A stretch of 64,000 nucleotides of DNA from Takakia lepidozioides (lineage: Eukaryota > Plantae > Bryophyta), in the NCBI GenBank assembly GCA_030704615.1, contig CM060732.1:41726001-41790000 (forward strand), in the 5' to 3' direction. The notes under the pieces were generated by a model. The model searched no databases, had not been told where the DNA came from, and saw only the letters and a list, made by a program, of their open reading frames with translations. The stretch's first letter is position 1. Each line of letters begins with the position of its first letter. Position numbers and translations under genes: made by a program. Of this stretch, positions 36,401 through 50,155 are shown in pieces.

Positions 36401-38044
36401 AATAATTGTGTTTCACTGCAATTGGGTGACATCGGAGGCTTACTCATCACCATCAATCGTGCTGGCAGCACGGCAATCCAATGGAGACCGTGTCATATTC
36501 GATGACTTCCGTGAGGCCTACTTTTGGCTCCAGCATAACACGCCTACAGATGCCAAGGTCATGTCATGGTGGGACTACGGATATCAGATTACAGCCATGG
36601 CCAACCGGACAGTGATTGTGGATAACAACACCTGGAACAACACACACATCGCGACTGTCGGACGGGCAATGTCTTCCTATGAGGACGAAGCCTATGAGAT
36701 TATGCAGCAACTGGATGTGGACTACATACTTGTGGTGTTTGGGGGGGTAACCGGATACTCCTCAGACGACATCAACAAGTTTGTGGACTGAAACCCCTGG
36801 TGTCATGTCCATTTTCCACTTTTTAAGGTTCTTTGGTACTCAATGTTTTCATTGTACGAGTATGAAAAAGCTTGCAGTTGCACTTGTTTAAGACTTCTTT
36901 GCCAAATTCCAGGGGCTCCTAGGCCCTTCTTACCACGGGGCCACTTGTATGGGTTGGAAACTGTGTTTGTTAGCCAACCATGTTTGGGGCTAATGCTAGA
37001 TGGAAGAATGTCAACTAATATTCAAGCTGTTTTATTCGAACTGATAAAATCTGCTTGGTGGCTGAGCTTGCAGGTTTCTTTGGATGGTACGTATTGGAGG
37101 AGGTGTTTTTCCTATTATCAGGGAGTCTGATTACCTAAACAATGGCGAATATCGAATTGACAAGGAAGCTGCCCCCAAGATGCTTCAATGCTTAATGTAT
37201 GCTTGGTGACAGTGTTTCTGTCCTTCCTTGCACCTGTGCAATCTGCTTTCATACTATCTGTTTGAATTGGGTACATCGTGATTGACAGAGTTATCAAGCT
37301 AGCTTGATTACTTCAGAAAATGCTGGCAGTACATAGTATCTGTCATAGGAAATTTCGAAAAATGATATCATGAAACCATCAAAACGCTAGCATGAAACAT
37401 TAGTATGCTCAACAGCATCGTCTCTCAAATCGACAGTCTCTTCATCATCCACTTCCCAGGGAGAGGTTGGGACTAACAAATCCATTTGTGGATGCTGAGC
37501 AGGTACAAGCTATGTTACTACAGGTTTGGAGAACTGAGCACAGAGTATGGCAAACCCCCTGGGTAATTCTCATTTCTAATCTCTTTGTTCTTAAAAAAAT
37601 AGGCACTGTTATGCATCTAGCCCACTCCTGTTGTGTTCCACTACTCACAACAGTCTACCAACTGTGCTTCTTTGGAAGTTTTAGATAGTTGATTTTTTCC
37701 TCCTCTGAGAGGTTGCCATGGTCATGGTTCTCTGTGGGTTGTTTCAAAAGTCAGCACTAATTAGATCCCAGAAAAGATGGGCGGAAATGGAACATAACAG
37801 AGTCCCTCGATGGCTTTGAATCAAGTCATATGTGGCAGCCCTAAACTTTCATTTGTCAGTTGAAAGTTTGGGAATGAAATTCAAGCTGCCTTTTTGTGTT
37901 TTTCTCTATTGCAGATGGGATCGTGCCCGAGGAGCAGAAATTGGAAACAAGAATGTGGAGCTGCAGTATGTGGAAGAGGCGTTCACGTCATCCAACTGGA
38001 TTGTTCGAGTTTATAAAGTGAAACCCCTGGATAACCGGTGGTGA
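33457..38044 (+). CDS. STT3B: Oligosaccharyltransferase catalytic subunit STT3B (one apparent frameshift)
   Basis: Exons 33457-34383, 35648-36178, 36325-36778, 37074-37196, 37503-37562, 37915-38044. Motifs [42 protein letters not shown] 1-nt deficit near 36352-36362 puts TGA in frame. Confidence 0.88.
34394..34924. repeat. Nested tandem duplication in STT3B intron 1
   Basis: A ~225-bp unit (34394-34618, 34695-34924) is separated by an extra ~76-bp copy of its 3' end. Confidence 0.9.
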
Positions 38045-38887
38045 TTTTCATTGCGTTGTGCCTCACCTTCCCGGGGTACACATGCCTGTACTTTTTGAGA
38101 TCACAGGCTGCACTGCCCCTGAGCCCTCAGCATTTACTTTTTTTGTGAGGCAACCCTGTTAACTTAATTTGACAGACAAGTTATGTTCAGGATCAAGAGT
38201 CAAGTCTGTTGTGCCAACACGTCTCAGAACTTAGATTATGCAAGCGCCACCCATACCTTCATGGGGTCTCTTGTTGAGAGTAGAGGTCACATGTTTTCAG
38301 GATTATGAAGACCTGGTGAACTTTCAAAGAAACACACACCTCAGCATTTCTACACATTCTGGAAATTTCCTTGCCAGAATGTGGTAGGCTAACTACCTTG
38401 GGAGAGAAAGGTTTATATTTTTTGTTGACTTTGTCAATTTATCAAGATCCTTTAGGTCATAATTACCTTGCACTTGAGTGAGTTATATGAGGCGAATCTA
38501 GGTTTCAGTGTTGGCCAAGAAAGGAAGACAAGAGAATGACTTCTCCAGCTCAGGTTGAACTTGTTTTTCAACCATCTAGAAGTTTTGTGCTGAGACCAGA
38601 GTTTTATGGTACTCATTCTCAGGGTTTTCATATTTTAGGAGCTGTATCACCCAACTATTCCATTGGTTTGATGGCTTGCAGATCATTCTGCCCTGACAAT
38701 TCAAGGAAATCTCTTCTCAGGGTCGGGAGTTGCTGTGGAGAAAATTGCAACCGAAAAGTCTAATTATGATGATTTTATCCTTGTTTAGGGGAATGTGGAT
38801 TTGCCAAATTAATTTACCAAATCATAAAGTGTCTATATCCAAGCTCCTTTAGTGCATTACTCTGAAAGCATACAAGACAGAAAACTT

Positions 38888-39197
38888 ACAAGACTGTCTG
38901 AAGGGTCTATCGGGTTTTGCTGCCTTCGTGTTCTTTCAGTTGCATTGCACAACATTGTAGTGTATTGCATTTCATGTGGATGCAGCACATGGGGTGTTTA
39001 TTTGTGTTGGGCTCTATCGATTGCACTAGGGTTTAGGAATTCTAGCGACGACCGAAGGTCGGAAGCTAGTTTAGCGTAGAGCAGGAATAGGGTGCCATAG
39101 TGCCTCGTCATCATCGTCACGTCATCGTCGCCATGTCATCGTCGCCACGTTTCGTCGTCGTCAATTTTCGTCGGACCTGCCCGAACTGCCCGAAAAT
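38888..39197 (+). repeat. Duplicate block (copy ~49888-50155) containing Helentron-like terminus copy 2 (from 39040)
   Basis: Shared caagactgtctgaagggtc...cactagggtttaggaat, then TT-CTAGC-GA-CGACC-GAA-GGTCG-GAA-GCTAG and cacgtcatcgtc repeats. Confidence 0.85.
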
Positions 39198-39265
39198 GTC
39201 TTTGCAGCGCGAGGAAGGGACGACGATACGGTACCCGCCATCCTTGAGCGCGGAGGGGTTTCAAG

Positions 39266-40540
39266 CAATGTGGTGAGGGCACGTTCTTCTTCGACCTATT
39301 TCAGCCTGTTTTGCCTTCTCATCAGACTCAGGCCGTGTTTCAATCTCTGCCTGCTCAGCTGCACCGTGGTGGTTCTCACATACCAATCCGACATTACCTG
39401 ACTACAGAGACAAGCAGCACACACAAGAGGTCCTTGTGGGTTGATGGTCGGTCAAATCCTCCATGGGTCATGACACAAGGTCAAGGACAATGTGGTGAGG
39501 GCGCCTTCTTCTGCACACACAAGAGGTCCTTTTGGGTTGATGGTCGGTCAAATCCTGCATGGGTCACGACACAAGGTCAAGGACAATGTGGTGAGGGCAC
39601 CTTCTTCTTCGACCTATTTCAGCCTGTTTTTCCCTCTCATCATACTCGGCCCTGAGATGCATATGGAATTCTGTAAGTTAGCTCGTTGCAGGGTGGATCT
39701 GTGGTGGTTTGGAGTGACTTTGACAAGTTACTGCCGATGTGGCAGCGGGAAAGTATCCAAAAACAGATAACAGAGATGAGGAGAAGCTGGGACAATGGAG
39801 ACAAAAAGGTGAATGCCCGTTGGACTACAGAGTGAAGCAGATGCAATTCAGAATTGGAACTCTGTAATAAGTAGGGTTGGGGTGTTTGCTGACAACCGCA
39901 ATCGCAAGGTGTGGCTTTTCTTAATGTACGATGTGAAGAAGTTTGTCCATCCTGCAAATGTGGGCTCTTGGTTCCTGTTAGTACCATGATTTGGTATTCT
40001 TCCTGATGTTTACAAGGTTCTCGGGAGAGTCAGATTGGTCTTAGCAGGCCGTGTTTCAATCTCTGCCTGCTCAGCTGCACCGTGGTGGTTCTCACAGACC
40101 AATCCGACATTACCTGACTACAGACACAAGCAGCACACTCAAGAGGTCCTTTTGGGTTGATGGTCGGTCAAATTCTCCATGGGTCAGGACACAAGGTCAA
40201 GTACAATGTGGTGAGGGCACCTTCTTCTTCGACCTATTTCAGCCTGTTTTGCCCTCTCATTAGACTCGGCACTGAGATGCATATTGAATTCTGCAAGTTA
40301 GCTTTTTGGGTGGATCTGTGGTGGTTTGGAGTGACTTTGACAAGTTACTGCTGATGTTGCAGCAGGAAAGTATCCAAAACTGATAACATAGATGAGGAGA
40401 AGCTTTGGAATGAACACTTTCTGACGCCAGTCAATGGTGGGACAATGGAGACAAAAGGTGAATGCCTTTTGGACTACAGAGAGAAGCAGATGCAATTCAG
40501 AATTGGAACTACTGTAATTAGTAGGGTTGGGGTGTTTGCT
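39266..40540 (+). repeat. Local nested tandem duplications upstream of the PPR pseudogene
   Basis: 39329-39890 is repeated at ~40046-40540. The subunit caatgtggtgagggc...ttcttc occurs four times. Confidence 0.85.
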
Positions 40541-40758
40541 GGAAGAGCTTCACATCGTCGGTGTCAGCTGCTAGCAGCAAGGCTGAGGATGTATTCATGA
40601 TTTCTCCACAGGCAGGGATAGCTGAAGGACCATGGATAGAGGTCCAGATTCATCCAAGAGGGCCGGATATCAAGCTCCAGATTACCTATGATTCCCTGTG
40701 GATCAATAGCTACAAGAAACCTGCATGAGTAGATGGTCAACTAAAGGCAGCAACTGCA

Positions 40759-43700
40759 GTGACACAGTTGATAAAATCAGGCACCTCAACTATGACCATT
40801 GCTTCTGAAAGAAGATCAAGACAAGGAGTCCACAATGCCTCTTCTGGCACTTTTGGGCATGTGAAGATGCTTTGTGCGGCAGGCAGACTGACAGAGGCTC
40901 TACAGACTTTAAACCAAGGAGGCATTTCAGCAGATTCAGATGTGTATGTCTGTCTCTTGCTTAAGTGCATCAAGATGGAAGATCTGGAAGCTGGAAAGCA
41001 GGTGCACACTCACATTATCAAAAGTGGATTCACGACAAATGTTTTTCTACTCAACACCCTTGTCAACATGTATGTTAAGCGTGGGAGCATCATGGATGCT
41101 CACCAAGTGTTCAACAGAATGCCTCTACGATCTTTGATCACGTGGAATATAATGTTGGCAGGATTTACCAAGCATGGGTGTGGTAGGAATGCTTTGGAGA
41201 CCTATGAGCAAATGCTGCGCGAAGGGGTGAAGCCCAACCACGTCACATTTGTTTGTGTATGCAATGCGTGTGCAAGCCTGGGAGCTCTGGAAAAGGGGAA
41301 AGAGGTCCATGGTGACATTGTCAAAGCTGGAATTGTATCAGATGTCATTCTGAACACTGCCTGGTGGACATGTATGCCAAATGTGGGTGCATTAAGGATG
41401 TGAAGGGAGTTTTCAACACTATGGCTGAATGAGATGTGATGTCATGGAACGCGATGCTTGCAGGGACGGGTATGGAGGCTTTGGAGACCTATGATCAAAT
41501 GATGGGGGAAGGGGTGAAGCCCGACCACATCACATTTGTGTGCATTTGCAATGCGTGTGCAAGCCTGGCAGCTCTGGAAAGGGCAAAGAGGTCCATGGCG
41601 ACATTGTCAGAGCTGCAATTGTACCAAATGTCATTCTGAACAATACCCTTGTGGACATGTATGAAGGGAGTGTTCGACTGTATGGCTGAACGAGATGTGG
41701 TGTCGTGGAGTGCGATGATTGCAGGATATGCACAGTAAGGGGGCGGGATGGAGGCTTTGGAGACCTATGAGCAAATGATGTGCGAACGGGTGAAGCCCAA
41801 CCACATAATGTTTGTTTGCATTTGCAATGCGTGTGCAAGCCTGGCAGCCCTGGAAAAGTGCAAGGAGGTCCATGGTGACATTGTCAAATCTGGAATTGTA
41901 CCCGTTGTCATTCTGAACACTGCCCTGGTGGACATGTATGTCAAATGTGGGTGCATCGAGGATGCAAAGGGAGTCTTCGACAGTATGGCTGAACGAGATG
42001 TGGTGTCGTGGAGTGCGATGATTGCAGGATATGCACAGCAAGGGTGCAGGATGGAGGCTTTGGAGACCTTGAGCAAATGATGTGCGAAGGGGCGAAGATG
42101 GTCAACTGGAGGCAGCAGTTGCAGCGGCACAGTTGATAGAATCAGTTTGTGTTTGCAATGCGTGTGCAAGCCTGGGAGCCCTGGGAAAGGGGAAAGAGGT
42201 CCATGGTGACATCATCAAAGCTGGAATTGTACCAGATGTCATTCTGAACACTGCCTGGTGGACATGTAGGCCAAATGTGGGTGCATTAAGGATGCAAAGG
42301 CAGTTTTCAACAATATGGCCGAACGAGATGTGGTGTCGTGGAGCGCGATGCTTGCAGGGTATGCACTGCAGGGACGTGGGGCATAGAACTTCCCTGAACT
42401 TGTTTCCAGATGCAGAGAGAAAAGGTAGATTGTCAATACCTGATGTGTGGGCACCCAATTGTTTATATCAAGGTAGGCTCAGCCTCGAGATTTTGGAAGT
42501 TGTTGAACAGAGGTGATGAGCAGAAAACAGATATTGTCTTCAGGCAGCACTGGCACGTCCTGCCATCAGTGGGGACCTGAGAACTTTCATTGTGAGAAAG
42601 GATTGGAACACTGGCTGGAAGCAAACACTGCAGGCATCTTCACTGGCTGAGGAGAGAAGTGGGAGTGGCGAGGAACAATCATAGCACACAGGCATGTCGA
42701 CATGTGTTCCGGTATCCTCCCCACCTCCGGCTTTCCCTCGCACTGTCAATGCAGCCACCTTCAGTTTGTCAACCCAGCTATCTGGCGCCTGTAGGCCCTG
42801 CAAGCGCCCGTAGGTATGCTGTGCTACTTTACAACAGCCTGCATGCAACAGAATGTCATTCTGTCACTTTCTCAGCCGATCAGTCACTTGATTGGTGTTT
42901 AAACTTTTGCTAGCCAACCCAGTGCTGTAAGTAACAGAGACGAGGAGAAGCTGTGGAGTGAATACTTTTCTGACCCCAGTGCTCGTGGTGTGCTTGTGCA
43001 TGCCTGGCAGCCCTGGAAAATGGCAAAGAGGTCCATGGTGACATCATCAAAGCCGGAATTGTACCAGATGTCATTTTGGACACTGCCCTGGTGGACATGT
43101 ATGCCAAATGTCAGCATTGAGGATGCAAAGGGAGTTTCTGACAATATGGCTGAACGAGGTATGGTGTCGTGGAGGGCGATGATCGCAGGATATGCCCATC
43201 ATGGTTGTCATAGGGAGATCCTGCAACTATTGGAAAGAATGCAAAAGGAAGGCTTCAATCCAGACAGTAGTGCCTTTCTATGTGTTCTCTCTGCATGCAG
43301 CCATGCTGGCCTACTGGATGAAGGAAGATGCTACTTCAATTCCTGAGTCCAGATCATGGTGTGACTCCGACGGTAAAGCACTTTGGCTGCATGGTGGACC
43401 TTCTTGGACGTGCGGGCAATTGGATGAAGCAGAGGACCTCATTAATAAAATGCCAATGGAACCAGATGCTGTGGTGTGGATGGCCTTGCTTGGTGCCTGC
43501 AGAAGCCATGGCAATCGCAAAGGTGAGTGAGATGATGAAGGTCAGAGGGGTTAAAAAGGAGCCAGGTCGCTGCTGCATTGAGGTTGGGAACAGGGTGCAC
43601 ACCTTTGTTGTAGGTGACAAATTGCATCCCAAAATTAAGGAAATCCATGCTAAGCTGAGAAGATTGTCTGGGCAGATGAATTAGGAGGCAGGGTATGTGC

Positions 43701-43962
43701 CTGACACACGCTTTGTATCACATGGAGCAAAAGGAAGCTTCTCTTTGCTACCACAGTGAGAAGCTGGCCATTGGTTTTGGGCTGATAAGCATAGCCCCTA
43801 GGACGCCTCTGCGTCTCATCAAGAATCTGCGGGTGTGTGGTGACTGCCACACCTCCACCAAGTTCATCTCAAAGATTGTTGGCCAAGCAATTGTTGTATG
43901 GGATGCTAACCGCTTTCACCACTTTAAAGAATGGGGTTTGTTCTTGTGGGGATTACTGGTGA
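40759..43962 (+). pseudogene. PLS-E-DYW PPR pseudogene (PG-box, C-to-U type)
   Basis: Repeated P-L-S triplets, KKEPGRCCIEV, HSEKLA, RVCGDCH, ending GAT TAC TGG TGA (43951-43962). Many frameshifts and a non-PPR insert at ~42383-43000. Confidence 0.92.
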
Positions 43963-44344
43963 AACGTTGTCTTGTTTGTTGGAATGGTTCGGATGCCTTG
44001 CTTCATTCTTTGATCTGTGTAGCTACTCAGTTCGTCCACCATTTCCTGAGAATGTTGGCCATGATGTACTGTTGAGGGCATTTCCGTACCATAGATCCAC
44101 AGGAAACAGTAGCGGGGTCTACAGGTAGTTAGTGAAGGGGGGGATTTTGACTGTCTCTGGTGAAAGTGGAAAGAAATCAGAGTGCTGTCATATTTCTGGT
44201 GTGGGTGGTGGATCTTCTCCAAAGCTTGAAGATGAAAGTTGATTAGAGGGGCGGCCTTGTGCACAAGTTTGTTCAGCATCTTTTATTTGGACAAGTTTGT
44301 ATATTTCTCGTGGTGCTGCTTCAGATTGAGCAGATTAGTATCAC

Positions 44345-44570
44345 CTTTGTATCTCTTCTGTGTGCATGTAGCTTTGGGGGTCTTGAAGGCCATCACTACT
44401 TTGATTCCATGACTGAAGCTCGTGGCCTCACGCCTACAGTTGAGCATTTTGGCTGCATGGTAGACCTTTTTAGCTGTGTAGGGCGATTGGATGAGGCAGA
44501 GGACCTCATAACTAAAATGCCCATCCAACCAGATGTTGGGGTGTGGAGGTGCCTGCAGAGTTCATGGCTA
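44345..44570 (+). pseudogene. Isolated PPR fragment (L2-S2-E region)
   Basis: FVSLLCACS...YFDSM...[12 protein letters not shown]...[18 protein letters not shown]. Confidence 0.8.
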
Positions 44571-45174
44571 TGTATCATCGCGTGTGATGGACACTTTTGG
44601 GTATGTTAAATGCTACTTACAGTATCTGATTGCCAGCGTATCGTCTGACTCATTGGCAACTCTCAAGGTTAGTGGTGGCATTCTCATAGTAGATAGTAAT
44701 TGTATAGAGCCGCAATGCAGCCACCAGTGGAGAGGTTACTCTAGCTGGGCTGTAACAAACCCTGCTGACCTACTTAGGTGCATATCAAGCACATGCTTGT
44801 GATATGGTAATGAGCAACTAGCATATCATGCCTGCTTCAACTAAGGGAACCAAATGACTCTCTCCATGTGCGACTCCAACAACATTATATAGATCTTGCA
44901 ACACTGCTCTAACATGCTGTTTTGTCGTTCTTGATACTTCAATTTGTGACTTCACTTGAGAGGCTCAAAGTGTGAGAATAGGTTTCTCTCATATTCTATA
45001 CAAACTGATAAAAAGGTCAACCAATTGAGAGGCTAATCAACAGTGTGTTGGCAAGCTTCACAAGCTTTGACTTGTATTTCGTTCTCGACTTGACCCCGGC
45101 TTCCTTCAAGTGCTCAATCATTTTTAACAAGCTTTTTTGATTTATGGCAAATAGAATAATAGAAATTAATATAT

Positions 45175-48100
45175 CTTCTTCTTTTTTTCTTTTTTTCTTT
45201 TTTTCTTTTTTCCTTCGCGGAACAGGGGTGTGTGGCCCTGTTTTACTTTATTGAAAAAGGGAAAGATACAAGCATAGCATCATGAGGAAAAAATAACCTC
45301 AATATCAAAGTGCCATAGAGGTTGATGTAAGAAGCCACTGCTTCGTAACCAAAAGGCAACAGTCTGCAGAGAAAGAGTCTGATAAGGTCTGGTAATGAGA
45401 GAAGAGAAGATAAAGCTTAGACTCAAGAGTCAAGTCCATCTAAGAAAGGGTGTCAAAGGACCGTTGCACAATCGATTTGCCCTTCCTAACTGATTTTCTA
45501 TGCCTCCAATTGACCTCATGGTCCTCCCGATCCAGCGGGGTATGCATCGCACTAAGCGAACTGCCAACCTGATAGGATGGTGTCGCTCCAGAGAACTCAG
45601 GAATCAGATTGCCTGGTGCAGATTTTGCCCCCTTTGCCCCAGGAGTTGTCAAACTCATCGAGAAGTTGAGTCCTTCTTCTCAGGCCACATCTGCATAGAG
45701 CTTCCCCAATAACCTGCCAAGCCTTCCTAGCATCAGACATTAAATCTGATTGAACCATAAACAATATAACCCTAGCGTTGCTCCATTTGTTAGCAAAAAC
45801 AAAACCACATTTGGCTTTCCAGATATTCCATAGCGTCTGAGCTCTGAGGGAAGCCCATACCGGGCAAGGTGACCACAATGCATCCTCTTGAAAATTAAGA
45901 AGTAACACTGAGGTATCATCCCGAGGGAGAGGGTTCCAGAAGGAGTAGAAATTCCGGACCATACGCCAGAAAGCACGGGCAGCGTGACAGTATAGTAGGC
46001 AATGCTCCATGGTTTCAGGCACGTTCATGTTGCAAAGCTTACAAACTGAGCTAGCATCAGAAACAGAGTAAGAGACTGGGAGAATTCTGTTAACCATCTT
46101 CCATAGAAAGCCCGACAGCTTTGCAGCCTGGTCTTTCCTCCAAATATCATTCCAAATGCACTTCCAAGATTTGGGATGGCCAGAGAAATGAGCCCATTTC
46201 TTGGTAAGCTTGAGATCCACTGGGATATGGAAGTTTAGTAAAGAGTACCCTTTCTTGACCATGTAAGAGAAGAAAGGCGAGTGCTTCTTATCTTGCCAAA
46301 TCCATTCACCAGGGTCGAACTGTAGCAAGGTTAGCGGAGCCAACAAAAACCAGAGGAAGTGAGAGCTTTGGTGGCAGCCATTGGCCGCTGAAGGGGCTGA
46401 TCTTGCCAGTGTTCATACAAATGACTCTGATGGCATAGAGGGCAACTTCCTCGCAATGAGAAATTTCAGGAGAGTGTAAAAAACCAGAAGGGTGGACTTT
46501 AAACAACCAGCCCCGAAGGGAAGAGCTATCCCGGGACATAGCAAAGAAAGCTTTTTTGGGAATGATACCCTCCAAACCCCACCATGTGTTGAGGGCCTTC
46601 CTGTTCCTGGGATGGGAGGTCAGAGAAACCCAGCGGTCAGGGAAATCAGCAGTCACCATCCCCCAACCAGCAGCAGCCCGCCTACTGGTCATATCAGAGG
46701 TGACAAGCTCTCTAGGCAAAAGAGTACCATCGCTCCAAAGCTGAGTAAAGTAAGAAACCCCCGCGGCTTCCCAAAATGCCCAGCGAGGTGAACACTTAAT
46801 GAGAGCTTCAGAATCTCTATTGTAATTTCCAAAGAGGGGTTGTCTGAGGGCCTCCTCAGACGTCGTGGGCTGAAGCTGAGCAAGAGAGATACGCATAGCA
46901 GTCCAAGCCCTCCATATGGATCTCCACGCACTGGAACCAGATAGAGGTTTGGCATTCGAGTTTCCACCTTGCACCACCCAACGTGCCGAGGGTGACCAAA
47001 TAGAATGAGGGTTAGGCTTTGCATTTAAGAGATGTTGCCTGACTAGAATACTCCATGGGGCAGAAAAATGCGTGAAAATCCGGGGTATCCACTTGGCAAG
47101 TAGAGCACAGATCTGATAACCAGGGTCAATAACTCCAAGGCCCCCATTTTTTTTCTTTTGTGTTATTTGCTTCCAACTCACCAAAGTTCTTCTATTTTGT
47201 GAAGGGCTGGAGGCTCCCCAAATGAAATTGCGAACTAGGCTCTTAATCTGTTTGATTACAGCTTCGCCCGGTGACCAGACTGAGGAAGAAAACCAGCAAG
47301 AAGCCAAGAGGACGTGGTTGGCTACCAGAGCCCTACCAGCGATGGAGAGATGCATCGAGCTCCAGTGAGACACGCTTCATTTGAGGTTGGAAATGAACCT
47401 TTTTGATCTCTTAATATCATCCAGATCATGACCTATGAGGTGACCCAAAAGCACATGAGCACTCTCGTCTTGAAGCCATGAGAGACCGTTGCTTTCCCCC
47501 CAATCATGGCAGTGGGCAGCAGAGCCAGGCTGCGTAATCCTTGAAATGATACCTTTGGACTTGGGTCAATTAACTTTAAGTCCCGACGCCTCACAAAAAC
47601 AGTCGAGGGCTGAAAGCATTCTGTCCACATTAGACTGAGAGCTATTATCAAGCAAAAGGACCGTATCATCAGCATACGTGGAGGATTTAATGTTGTCCTT
47701 GGGGTCAAGGGACTGGGGGTTTTTGAGGCCCCTAATATTCATGCCTGAATCGCAGCAGGTGATTGAGCCCATCCGCAGCCAGAAGAAAAAGAAAATGAGA
47801 GAGGGGGCACCCTTGTCTGATAGATCGGAACAGGGGGAAGAAGCTCGATAGAGCTCCATTGATGATGACTTTGCTAGAAGCAGACTGAAGAAGGATGCGG
47901 ATCCAAGTGAGGAAGTTTCCATGGATTCCAATTTTTTTGATGACTGCGAGGAGGTAAGTCCAGTCAATGTTGTCAAAGGCTTTTTCAAAATCCAGCATCA
48001 GTAGAGCTAGCGGCTGACTGGTCTCATAGGCAGCGTCCAAAGCTTCGTTAACCAACAACACATTATCTAGGATCATCCTATCCTTGAGAAAGCCAGTTTG

Positions 48101-48500
48101 CTCAGGGAAAATTAATTTACCTAGCAGGGGCTGCAGTCTGAAAGCTAGGGCCTTTGCTACAATCTTATAAACTGCATTAAGAAGAGTGATAGGCCTGTAA
48201 TTTGAGATGGAACTCCTTTCTCCTTTCTTGAAAATAAGAGTTATAACTCCCTGAGCAAGCTGAGAGGGCATGACTCCTTTTTTAAGAATATCATGTGTAA
48301 GAGCAACGAAATCATCACAACATTCCAACCAGATTGATTTGAAAAGCTCCATTGGGAGACCATCAAGTCCTGGGGATTTGAAAGAAGTCAGGGAAGACAT
48401 AGCCTCCTCGAGTTCCTTTGCAGAGAAAGGCTCCGTGAGAGCAGTCAGGTCTTCCTAAGAGACAAGGTTTGGAATAGTAGCTAGGATCTCGGATAAGGAT
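45175..48500 (-). mobile_element. 5'-truncated L1/Tx1-type LINE (ORF2 RT + zf-RVT), frameshifted
   Basis: KSPGLDG, NYRPITLLN, LDFEKAFD, RQGCPLS, YADD and a C-terminal CxxC...ETMEHC. The 3' end has AATAAA, a small hairpin and an (A6-7G)n tail at ~45175-45211. Confidence 0.92.
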
Positions 48501-50043
48501 GATGTACACAGATGTATCTATATTATATCTTTAAATTAATAATCTAAACTGCTTTTAATGGGCGATGAAAAATAGATTAGTATAATTACATGTATCACAA
48601 CCAATGGCTATACGCTAATGGCTCCTCTTTGCAAAGAGTGAAATCTACTTTCATCCATAATAAACCTGAAAATTTCTACACATTGAACACCAAGAATTGT
48701 GGTTGGCCAGTCGTGGAGGCAAATGACAATGTCAGTGCCATGCCATCGCAAGGCCTCACTTGGATGGGCTAAGAATTTTTGATATAACTCTTTAGTGTAT
48801 TTAGCATAAAACATTATGTGGAGTAAAATAAAATAAGTGGATTATATTGGTATAATATGAAAGTACATAAGGTAAAAACACCTAAAATGGATCATTTAAA
48901 GACATGTGTGCAGTTTCAGGTGTGCAGTGTCGTCCTATATATTTTTCTGATGTGGGCACATAGAAATAAAATTTAAATGCAAATAAATAAATAAATAATC
49001 CGAATTATTTTGTAATATTGGTGAATATTCAATGTGAAATCATGTAATAACCTTGAATGGACCAGTAGGGGGTACTATTTTGAACAGCAAGTACACTTTG
49101 TCTGAAGCCAAAGGTGCCCAAAAAGTGTGCATCCTCTTTCACTTTACTGATTAAACAACATAGTAACATGGACCATGTCAGTCAACTAACATAACTATTT
49201 ATTGACCTTAAAGTAACCTCCCACCGTCCATTTGGATTAAACTCAATCCTGATCGTTGATCTAGGTGAAACTCAATTGGAATCGTTGATCACGGCATGTG
49301 ATCCCCTCTCCTACATGTTAGGATTCATTCTTCCTGTCTTGACTTGATAATGCTCTCAAAGTGCTCCCCTGTGGTTATTAACTTGTCCATTAAGTGGTGT
49401 CATCATGATCATATATCAGTTAAAAGGGTTCATTGGAGTTCCATTTGGCCTACCACATGACCTAATTTGGACCACTTGTGATCAAAGCACCTTTTAAAGA
49501 GGGCATATGGTTAGTTTTATGTATTTTTCTAGGGGTGCGTTTTGGGTACCGCTCCATTTTAGGTGTTTCTACCTTATCCCTTCACTGCTTATCAGGGTAT
49601 CCCACTACTTTTTGCATAAGATTTATGGTTCAACCATGAATGAGCCTGGTGGCAGACTTGCTCCAAAAAACTCCATGAGATTTCTGGAAAACTTCATTTG
49701 GGGTATAGCATCCTTGAGTGGGCCCTGCCTATCATCAAACAAGGGAAGCAAGTACGCACTAGACTTCAAGCCACCGACTTCAAGAGACAGCTGATACATC
49801 TGGTAGTTTCTTGCAAAAAACAATGAAATCCAGGATCTATGTATGTAACACCACCCCTTTTTTGTGCAAATTGAACGTAGTGCAATGCAAGACTGTCTGA
49901 AGGGTCTATCGGCTTTTGTTGTCTTCGTGTTCTTTCAGTTGCATTGCACAACATTGTAGTGTATTGCATTTCATGTGGATGCAGCACATGGGATGTTTAT
50001 TTGTGTTGTATTCTATCGATTGCACTAGGGTTTAGGAATGTAG

Positions 50044-50155
50044 TTCTAGCGATGACTGAAGGGAAGCTAGTTTAGTGTAGAGCAGGAATAGGGTGCCATA
50101 ATGTCACATCATCGTAGCCACGTCATCGTCGTCAGCCATGTCATCGTCGTCATTT
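50044..50155 (+). mobile_element. Helentron-like terminus copy 3 (decayed)
   Basis: ttctagcgatgactgaagggaagctagtttagtgtagag followed by gccacgtcatcgtc repeats. CpG-type decay relative to 39040. Confidence 0.55.

Noticed and set aside
39025-39037. ctagggtttagg as interstitial telomere
   Set aside because: Fewer than two units. At most a telo-box-like motif.
43695-43962. DYW domains as U-to-C (KP-type) editors
   Set aside because: They have a PG box, HSE-type motif and DYW end, i.e. the conventional C-to-U type.
45165-48535. tatatctt as TSD of the L1
   Set aside because: Short, AT-rich and not flush with the apparent 5' truncation point.
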